A stretch of 64,000 nt of DNA from a virus: positions 96,001 to 160,000 of the IMG/VR virus record IMGVR_UViG_3300032753_000003; one strand, written 5' to 3'. Both the position numbers and the translations under genes were made by a program. The notes under the pieces are model-generated. The model had not been told where the DNA came from. It ran no database searches and saw only the letters and a program-made list of their open reading frames with translations. Each line of letters opens with the position of its first letter. Position 1 is the first letter of the stretch. Positions 57,114 to 64,000 of the stretch are shown here, piece by piece.

Positions 57114-57853
57114 ATACAAATCACATGGACCTGTTGATCAATCCAACCGGACATAATATGAATGTAATGGCCGAGAGGTTCATGCACGTAATCAATAAGA
57201 TTAATCCAGCTGAGATCAAAGTATTATTAGAAATAGGCAGCATGGACGCTTGGGAAAGCGCGAATATGGCAAGAGTGTTTACTGATGCACATATTCATTG
57301 TTTTGAACCAGTAGCTTATAACTTTGGTCAGTGTAGAGCTAGAATAGCTGAACAGCCGTCTGATATATCCAACCGCATACACTTGCACAATATCGCAATG
57401 AACGATGCTACAGGTCCTATGGAATTTTGGGAATTGGATATAGAAGCTGCTAGTATAAAGAAACTTAATCATGGTATTGCTAGTAAGTTTAAGTTAATTG
57501 ATCCAGATATGTGGCCATGGGAACATAACCAACAGAGAATGGTTACTGTAGAGGGTTGGCGATTAGACGACTGGTGCAACGCTAATAACATAGCTCGCGT
57601 TGACGGAATATGGATGGATGCACAGGGCGCTGAGTTAGATATATTAAAGGGTGCAGGCACAGTCTTGAACGGTATACAGTTTGTAATGACTGAAGCAGGA
57701 CTCAAACCTTACTATCACGGACATACTATGAAGTCTGATATGGATGCCTATATGGCAGGATTTGGATTTACTGAGTGGAAACCAGCAACTGTAAAGGCTC
57801 ATGAATTTGAAGTAGATCTAATATATCTCAATACCAATCTAGTAAATTTTTAA
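57110..57853 (+). CDS. FkbM-family methyltransferase
   Basis: EIGS, CFEPV, WMDAQGAELDILKGA. Confidence 0.85.
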   Translation: MNTNHMDLLINPTGHNMNVMAERFMHVINKINPAEIKVLLEIGSMDAWESANMARVFTDAHIHCFEPVAYNFGQCRARIAEQPSDISNRIHLHNIAMNDATGPMEFWELDIEAASIKKLNHGIASKFKLIDPDMWPWEHNQQRMVTVEGWRLDDWCNANNIARVDGIWMDAQGAELDILKGAGTVLNGIQFVMTEAGLKPYYHGHTMKSDMDAYMAGFGFTEWKPATVKAHEFEVDLIYLNTNLVNF

Positions 57854-57930
57854 TTCAATTGACTTTTTACGATTAAATATCTTATAAACTAGTTAGAGCG
57901 CATACAACTCGATACATATAAGGAGAAGAC

Positions 57931-58296
57931 ATGTTCAACGCAATCAAGAGGCTGTTTGGATTCAATACATCAACGCCTGCCTCATCAACAAACACTTCGT
58001 CAGAATTATCTACATCAACTGCCGAATCAGTAACCAATTCAACACCTGCTGTTACTACTTCTGCATCAATAGAGTCCTATACACCGGTAGCGGAAGTAAA
58101 GGCAGAATCAGATACTGCTGTTAATAACACTGCTAAAACCAAGACAGCAAAGGCCCTGCGTAAGCCAAAGACTATTAAGTCTAATACTTCGGCTGTTATT
58201 ACAAAGGAAATTGCAACATCTAGCAGTGGTACTGGATCTACAGCAACTAAGACCAAGCGTGCTGCTAAGTCAACAGCAAAGTCAACTGCAAGTTGA
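57931..58296 (+). CDS. Low-complexity Ser/Thr/Ala/Lys-rich protein
   Basis: AAGGAG RBS; basic C-terminus. Confidence 0.6.
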   Translation: MFNAIKRLFGFNTSTPASSTNTSSELSTSTAESVTNSTPAVTTSASIESYTPVAEVKAESDTAVNNTAKTKTAKALRKPKTIKSNTSAVITKEIATSSSGTGSTATKTKRAAKSTAKSTAS

Positions 58297-58376
58297 TTAT
58301 TAAATTAATAATTTGATATTCAAGGGGCATGATTGATCAATCATGCCTCTTTTTATGAACGCCGGGAGACCTTACA

Positions 58377-58595
58377 ATGAAATACCTTTTGCCATTATTA
58401 ACACCGTTTGTAATATTGATCTCTTTGATTATTTTAGATCTAATAGGATATATAGCTATTTCGCATATTCTGTTTGTAACTATATCTATAGTAATCGTTG
58501 TGTTAAGTTATTGCATATATAAAGAACTTACCAAACCTAAAACTCTAGATCCCTATCAAGAATACCTAGACGATCTTGCCAAAGGTAACGATTGA
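58377..58595 (+). CDS. Small membrane protein
   Basis: Two TM segments. Confidence 0.55.
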   Translation: MKYLLPLLTPFVILISLIILDLIGYIAISHILFVTISIVIVVLSYCIYKELTKPKTLDPYQEYLDDLAKGND

Positions 58596-58642
58596 TATTT
58601 TTGCAAATTCTGCTATTATATAGCAGCAAAGGAGAATTTTAG

Positions 58643-58945
58643 ATGCAGAAGATCACAGCTGATCTAAGTGAATTGCCAAGACAATTTGGTCCAGATATTG
58701 TTGCTGGACGAGTGGAAACTGGACCATTGGTAATCAACGATGATTGGCCGGGTGTATTCATTAGAGGCGACAATGCTGCATGGTATGCTATGCAATTGAA
58801 CATACTGATGAGCAATTTGCCAGACACAATTGATGTGTTTACTAGATCTAGCATCAATGGGCTAATTTCTACATTAGAAAGCTGTTTGGTTAAATCCAAT
58901 ATAAATCAAGATACTGACAATTTTGACGACTCAGTTGGATGTTAA
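58643..58945 (+). CDS. Hypothetical phage protein
   Basis: AGGAG RBS; ETGP...DDWPGVFIRGDNA. Confidence 0.65.
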   Translation: MQKITADLSELPRQFGPDIVAGRVETGPLVINDDWPGVFIRGDNAAWYAMQLNILMSNLPDTIDVFTRSSINGLISTLESCLVKSNINQDTDNFDDSVGC

Positions 58946-58965
58946 ATTCCAAAGGATCATTTGAA

Positions 58966-59364
58966 ATGAAAAAATGGTACTTGAATCCTCCATTAGGTTT
59001 ACCATATAGAGGCGACTATAGAGTTTCACTACGTTGGCATTTATATGGGTTATTATGGTTCTTGATGCCGCAATGGTTTAGGCGGTGGCTAACCAACGGT
59101 GTATATGTGTACTTGAAGGATTACCAAGGTGAAATTACAATTACTATGGCATGGCCTCGAGACGATAATACGCCCATTCGCAGTATAATATACAATCGTG
59201 TTATGGTTGGACCGTTACTGTTACACGACGATGGTACAGTAACCAATGACGACGGTAGTGATAGTTATGTACACAATTGGATGCCCGTTGATCGAAACTG
59301 GCGTACAGAAATGATCCTTAAAGGATTACAGGGATTTGATACGAAAGGATCAAAATACAGTTGA
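58966..59364 (+). CDS. Hypothetical protein
   Basis: ORF, start set at MKKWY. Confidence 0.55.
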   Translation: MKKWYLNPPLGLPYRGDYRVSLRWHLYGLLWFLMPQWFRRWLTNGVYVYLKDYQGEITITMAWPRDDNTPIRSIIYNRVMVGPLLLHDDGTVTNDDGSDSYVHNWMPVDRNWRTEMILKGLQGFDTKGSKYS

Positions 59365-59410
59365 CAAGTTTAGCATCTATGCTATAATGATCCTAACGAT
59401 GGAGAATATC

Positions 59411-59839
59411 ATGTTGATGCAAACACTACAAGCTGATCAACTCAAAGCACGTAAAGCCAAAGATACTGTAGCTATTGGCCTGCTCACAGCTCTAGTTGGA
59501 GAAGCTGCTATGGTTGGCAAGAATGCAGGCAATCGAACTAGCACTGATGAAGAAGTCCTAGCAACCGTCCGTAAGTTTCTAAAGAATGCTGAAGAGACTC
59601 ATGCACGACTGATCGCAGCCAACAAGGATGCTGCTGCAATTACAGAAGAGATCAAAATCCTTAAGAGTTATATGCCGCAGCAGATGACTGACGATCAGCT
59701 GCGTGCTGCTATCAGTGCTATCAAAGATACCAATGCCAATGCCAATATGGGATTAGTTATGAAGGTACTCAAGGAGCAGCATGCCGGATTGTATGACGGC
59801 AAGCGAGCTAATGAGATTGCCAAAGAAGTGCTAGCATAA
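59411..59839 (+). CDS. yqeY: GatB/YqeY-domain protein
   Basis: LKARKAKD...SYMPQQMT...MGLVMKVLK...YDGK. Confidence 0.85.
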   Translation: MLMQTLQADQLKARKAKDTVAIGLLTALVGEAAMVGKNAGNRTSTDEEVLATVRKFLKNAEETHARLIAANKDAAAITEEIKILKSYMPQQMTDDQLRAAISAIKDTNANANMGLVMKVLKEQHAGLYDGKRANEIAKEVLA

Positions 59840-59877
59840 GCTAACACTAATTAATCTAGCACAAACGGAGACAGCAA

Positions 59878-60459
59878 ATGAAAATTGAAGTTTGGGGCCG
59901 CGGTGGCGAAATCGTATTGGGCGGTATCACCCGTGAGCAGTATATCTATTGGGCATTGCGAAATTCTGAAGATGACGAAGAATTCTCAAACATGATCCAG
60001 GGGGATCCCCTAGAAGAGGATCATCCACCAGAACTTTTGCTGGGCGCTTGGTATGATATTGATAACATTGCACATGAAGCCGGACCAGGATTTGAGGATA
60101 GTGGTATCACTGTAACTGACAGCAAAGGCAATGTGATCTTTGACCATAGCTTCACTGCTATCCAAAAGATGGACGGTTGTGAAAATATTGCTCAAGAAAC
60201 CAACGAATATTATTTTATTGAGACTGAGTACGAATATGGGTTTTTGGCAGTTGATACACAAAAGGGTGTATTTGAACAGTATGAAGTACCCGGTGACGAG
60301 TTTGATCCCACGTTATTCAAAGTCTCAACTACTGATGTTGAAGGTCTGTCACTTATAACCAGCATCAGTTATAACGGCAAGGAATTGGAAGGTCTCGGCA
60401 TGCTGGATACCGAGAGCAAGAATTTTGACTGGAATTTTATTTCCAGCGTGGAGGATTGA
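59878..60459 (+). CDS. Acidic hypothetical protein
   Basis: 193-aa ORF with GGAG RBS. Confidence 0.65.
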   Translation: MKIEVWGRGGEIVLGGITREQYIYWALRNSEDDEEFSNMIQGDPLEEDHPPELLLGAWYDIDNIAHEAGPGFEDSGITVTDSKGNVIFDHSFTAIQKMDGCENIAQETNEYYFIETEYEYGFLAVDTQKGVFEQYEVPGDEFDPTLFKVSTTDVEGLSLITSISYNGKELEGLGMLDTESKNFDWNFISSVED

Positions 60460-60677
60460 AAATGCTGTTGTGGGATGATACTTCAAATCTATGGCTACTA
60501 ACTCCTGCAGAGCTTGAGCGAATACCCAATGGCACTGTACTGACTTGCATTGATGGCACTACCGCAGTAAAAGGTCGAGATTACATTGACGACGATACTC
60601 GCGCTGGTCATATTGCATACGGTATCCTTAGGTACGAGCAGGACAAGCTGTTTACAGAGTTTTATCTCAAGCGCTAA
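60456..60677 (+). CDS. Hypothetical phage protein
   Basis: Coupled ORF; DDDTRAGHIAYG. Confidence 0.55.
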   Translation: MKMLLWDDTSNLWLLTPAELERIPNGTVLTCIDGTTAVKGRDYIDDDTRAGHIAYGILRYEQDKLFTEFYLKR

Positions 60678-60686
60678 GGAACAATC

Positions 60687-61361
60687 GTGACTATTCCTGC
60701 AATCAACGTGAATATTGTTGAAATTGAGCCGGGTGTGTTCTATGCTCAGTTTGACAACCAAAAGGATCTCGGGCACTGTCTCATGCGATTGCAGGAATAT
60801 TACGAGGGTGTTAGCGATGATATCCGCGGCAAATATTTCACCTTAGAAGAGTTTTTGCATCATTTTACCGCAGACGATGGGGTATTTGATTATACACATA
60901 CATGGCGAGGATTTAATGTTCCCGGCCATGTAGTGGAGGAGTGGTTTGATCTATTTGCTAATAGTGATCAAGGTCTTACGGATAAAGAACGTCAGTTTAC
61001 CAACCGTTTATTGGATGCCAAGAAAGGCAGCGACAAATGGTACCTGATTGCAACTCGCAAAGGTTCAGATGAACTGGCTGTTGTGAATCACGAAATTGCT
61101 CACGCTCGCTATTATCTCGACGACTTATATTTTACCAACTGCAATCGTCTAATAACTGAAATACCCAGAGCTGAGTTTGATCATATGTGTGAGAGCTTGA
61201 CAAAAATGGGTTATACAGATAAAGTACTGCTAGACGAAGTTCAGGCTTATTTGAGCACCAGTAAGAAGCCAGAACTCAAACATTGGTTTGGCAAGCTTAG
61301 TCCTGAGACATATAACGTAGTTAATAAATTTCGCAATCTATTCAAAGGTAAGAAAGTTTAG
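60687..61361 (+). CDS. Hypothetical protein with HEXXH (possible metallopeptidase)
   Basis: RLQEYYE, GFNVPG, NHEIAH. Confidence 0.55.
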   Translation: MTIPAINVNIVEIEPGVFYAQFDNQKDLGHCLMRLQEYYEGVSDDIRGKYFTLEEFLHHFTADDGVFDYTHTWRGFNVPGHVVEEWFDLFANSDQGLTDKERQFTNRLLDAKKGSDKWYLIATRKGSDELAVVNHEIAHARYYLDDLYFTNCNRLITEIPRAEFDHMCESLTKMGYTDKVLLDEVQAYLSTSKKPELKHWFGKLSPETYNVVNKFRNLFKGKKV

Positions 61362-61369
61362 GAGTTGAT

Positions 61370-62170
61370 ATGACTAGCAAAGATGATCTGGGAGACAGAA
61401 TGAAACTGCTAGAAGCTGTGGAAACTTCTAGAAAGTTTGATTCCAAACTACCAGTATATGCTAGAATTGATGGTAGAGGTTTCAGCAAGTTTACAAAATA
61501 TATGCAAAGACCTTTTGATCCTCTTATGACTCGTGCTATGATTGAGACCACTCGCTATTTGGTTGACAAAACACATGCTGCTGCAGGATATGTTCAGTCA
61601 GACGAAATATCGTTGGTTTGGGATGGCAGCAAAACCAATAGCAATCACTTCTTTGATGGCAAGGTACAGAAGTCGTGTTCTGTGCTAGCCAGCATGGCGG
61701 CTGCTAGATTTGCGATTGAGTATTTTACTAGCTTTGGTCAATGGTCATTTGACTGTCCGCACTTTGATTGCAGAGTTATTCAGATGCCTAGCAGAATCGA
61801 AGCTGCCAACATGATGCTGTGGAGGTGGTTAGATTGCAGGAAGAATGCAATCAGTATGGCTGCACGCCATTGGTTCAGCCATAAAGAGTTGCAAAATCAA
61901 AACAGCCGAGAAATGGTACAGATGCTCGCTGAACGAGGTATCAACATGCAGGATTTCCCTGTGGCATTTACAGCTGGTACTTGGTTGCAACGTGTCACCG
62001 AGGACAGAACTATGACCCAGGATGAGCTAGCAGCTATTCCGCCGCGCCATCGACCTGCAGCCGATACTGTAATCACTCGCAGCTCAATCAAAGAAGTTGA
62101 GATGCCGGACTTCCTAGAGGTTAAAAATCGTGAAGCAGTGATATTTGAAAATGCTGCTCCTATAACATAA
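61370..62170 (+). CDS. thg1: tRNA-His guanylyltransferase Thg1-like protein
   Basis: RIDGRGFSKFT, YVQSDEISL, FDGKVQK, FDCRV. Confidence 0.92.
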   Translation: MTSKDDLGDRMKLLEAVETSRKFDSKLPVYARIDGRGFSKFTKYMQRPFDPLMTRAMIETTRYLVDKTHAAAGYVQSDEISLVWDGSKTNSNHFFDGKVQKSCSVLASMAAARFAIEYFTSFGQWSFDCPHFDCRVIQMPSRIEAANMMLWRWLDCRKNAISMAARHWFSHKELQNQNSREMVQMLAERGINMQDFPVAFTAGTWLQRVTEDRTMTQDELAAIPPRHRPAADTVITRSSIKEVEMPDFLEVKNREAVIFENAAPIT

Positions 62171-62185
62171 GAAGGAAATTACAAC

Positions 62186-62455
62186 ATGTTAAAGTATAAA
62201 GTTCCTAGGATCGTATTTTACACAGCATTACGACTGTCAATTATTATCGCAGCGGTATTTGGTATGCTTGCGTTTGTTGCATTCCTTGTTGGAATTGTGA
62301 TGCTATCAGTTGAGTTTACTGACACACCTCTGCCTGCGTTAGGTCTTATTATGTTTGGCCTTGCTGTATTTTTAGCATATAACTTTGCTAAAGACGATGT
62401 AAAAGATGAAGAACGCAGAAATGGTAAAACTTTTGATCAATTGAGTAAGGATTAA
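62186..62455 (+). CDS. Small membrane protein
   Basis: Hydrophobic segments. Confidence 0.55.
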   Translation: MLKYKVPRIVFYTALRLSIIIAAVFGMLAFVAFLVGIVMLSVEFTDTPLPALGLIMFGLAVFLAYNFAKDDVKDEERRNGKTFDQLSKD

Positions 62456-62459
62456 TTAC

Positions 62460-62750
62460 ATGATGAAGATAGATTTAGAACCCTATACAGTACGTATTAT
62501 CAAGATGTCGGCGCTGGTATTCGCTTGTATAACGGCGGTAGGTGCTGCCACTATCAGTGGGATCCGGTTTATGGTACTCGAGTACGGACCAGAATCTCTG
62601 GTAATACTATGTGGTATTGCTGCCCTAGGATGGGTTAGTTTTTGGATAGGTAAACAAATAGTTAGTAAGCAAATCGCTCGAGAAGAATTTATGACTGATG
62701 TGCTAACCCAAGGGTATGTAAAAGAATATAACAGGAAATACCGGCGCTAA
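62460..62750 (+). CDS. Small membrane protein
   Basis: Two TM segments. Confidence 0.55.
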   Translation: MMKIDLEPYTVRIIKMSALVFACITAVGAATISGIRFMVLEYGPESLVILCGIAALGWVSFWIGKQIVSKQIAREEFMTDVLTQGYVKEYNRKYRR

Positions 62751-62824
62751 ACGTTCTCGGATATAATCCACTTGACTTTGATATTGGTGCATGCTAAGCT
62801 TACTGAAATTGGAGAGCTATTCGA

Positions 62825-63235
62825 ATGCATATGGAACGTCCATTCTTGACCACTACGAAGTATAACAGCAAAGGCAAGAAGCCTGCTAATACTGCTGCTG
62901 CTCGAGAAGCCAAAGCCAAACATGAAGCTTGGCTTCGCAAACAGGGCTTACTTCCAGAGCAGGTCGAGATGAAGCGCATGCGAACAAAAAGTTCTAGTAT
63001 TTCTCTGCCAAATCTCAAAGTTGATAATCCAATTCCGCTAAGTAATAACGTAGCAGTTAAGGGTGGGTTCCGTAATGGTATTATGGATAACCTACACAAG
63101 GAGTCTGAGGCTGTGAAGCAAGAGATTCTAGATAAAGCATCTAGGTGTATGCCACTCTTCAATAAAGGCGGAATACAATATGCTACCCCTGCAACTGACA
63201 TGACTACCGTAGGCAGCAAGAGTAGGAGGGGATAG
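62825..63235 (+). CDS. Basic hypothetical phage protein
   Basis: FNKGGIQY...GSKSRR. Confidence 0.65.
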   Translation: MHMERPFLTTTKYNSKGKKPANTAAAREAKAKHEAWLRKQGLLPEQVEMKRMRTKSSSISLPNLKVDNPIPLSNNVAVKGGFRNGIMDNLHKESEAVKQEILDKASRCMPLFNKGGIQYATPATDMTTVGSKSRRG

Positions 63236-63474
63236 TGCCCAATCTATCGTACAATTGGGATTCAATATTTTTGATATTCCTAGGGACGTTTTTAATCATT
63301 GGTGCTATAGTTTTAAACCTGCCCGAATTTCATCGCGATGACGCTGATCCGCCTCTAGGTCAAAGCGGATTGATGCTGTTGACTGATTATGGTACTGGAT
63401 GCCAATATCTCTATTATAGAGGTAATCTTATTCCCCGCGCAGATGCAAGCGGAAAACAAATTTGTAAAAAGTGA
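63235..63474 (+). CDS. Small membrane-anchored protein
   Basis: TM segment then TDYGTGCQYL. Confidence 0.55.
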   Translation: MPNLSYNWDSIFLIFLGTFLIIGAIVLNLPEFHRDDADPPLGQSGLMLLTDYGTGCQYLYYRGNLIPRADASGKQICKK

Positions 63475-63668
63475 GCGCATACTTGAAACCACAATATGCT
63501 AGAACCAATTATTATTACAGTAAGAACGGATCTAGAACTAGAACCACTTGGACACTCAGTGTCAATCAGCATCTACAGGGAGCCACAACCGAAAATGCTG
63601 TACTGAATTTCTTGCGCAGACATCACTCTGGATATGAAATTGAACTCATGAACATAGAATGGATGTAA
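63471..63668 (+). CDS. Hypothetical protein
   Basis: Coupled ORF. Confidence 0.5.
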   Translation: MSAYLKPQYARTNYYYSKNGSRTRTTWTLSVNQHLQGATTENAVLNFLRRHHSGYEIELMNIEWM

Positions 63669-63671
63669 ACA

Positions 63672-63965
63672 ATGGCATGGAGTATGTTGAACCTGCATTA
63701 TGCAGAAACAATCAAAAATCTACTAGATGACATTGAGAAAAGTAACGAAGGTCGTCCAGAGTTTACTCCATCTATACCAAGAGAACAAGTAGAGAGCATT
63801 ATACATGCACTAATTTGGGCTATGAGTTCTAGGTCAAGTGACTTTGCAAGCGCATATGCGTTTGATGCACTTGCAAATGCAATTGGTATTGATCTAGCCA
63901 ATTGGATTATTAAAAAACACGAGTTTGATCAAAAATGCAAGGAAAGCACTAATGAGCAAAAGTGA
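63672..63965 (+). CDS. Hypothetical protein
   Basis: 97-aa ORF. Confidence 0.55.
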   Translation: MAWSMLNLHYAETIKNLLDDIEKSNEGRPEFTPSIPREQVESIIHALIWAMSSRSSDFASAYAFDALANAIGIDLANWIIKKHEFDQKCKESTNEQK

Positions 63966-64000
63966 TAGGTCAATAAATCTCGTTTGGTATAATCAATTGC

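Noticed and set aside
57931-58296. Histone H1-like call
   Set aside because: Only compositional bias supports it; left as a low-complexity protein.
1-64000. Genome-wide TGA=Trp or TAG recoding
   Set aside because: TGG is abundant, many genes end in TGA or TAG with ATGA coupling, and frames after terminal stops close quickly.

Overview
A 64 kb segment of an AT-rich jumbo-phage genome. It uses T4-type TATAAATA late promoters and many sigma70-like TTGACA promoters. An Omp25/RopB-like porin and an ErfK-type L,D-transpeptidase suggest an alphaproteobacterial (Rhizobiales-like) host, which is an inference. The window holds about 43 intact or near-intact tRNA genes, two tRNA remnants, five tRNA-like RNAs with extra domains, an ~820-nt GOLLD-like RNA and several smaller structured RNAs. 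These are interleaved with free-standing GIY-YIG, HNH and PD-(D/E)XK endonucleases and with auxiliary genes: carbamoyltransferase, dCMP deaminase, radical SAM, ClpP, papain-like protease, nitroreductases, Sir2, prkA-yeaH-spoVR, Thg1-like and YqeY. A minus-strand fibre module encodes collagen-like, long-fibre and LRR proteins. The most striking observation is two paralogous leader-peptide attenuators, each directly upstream of a tRNA cluster. Both have a TTGACA-N17-TATAAATA promoter, a short leader ORF, an ACGGGGGT antiterminator segment and an intrinsic terminator. The leader codons mirror the tRNAs downstream, which suggests a translation-coupled sensor that turns on phage tRNA supply when host tRNAs fail. 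Also notable are a tRNA-Gly with a 28-nt hairpin in its anticodon loop and four in-frame TGA codons at Trp-compatible positions alongside a U11:A24 tRNA-Trp. Several frameshifts and one deletion junction may be real decay or assembly errors. All calls come from reading the sequence by eye; no searches were run.
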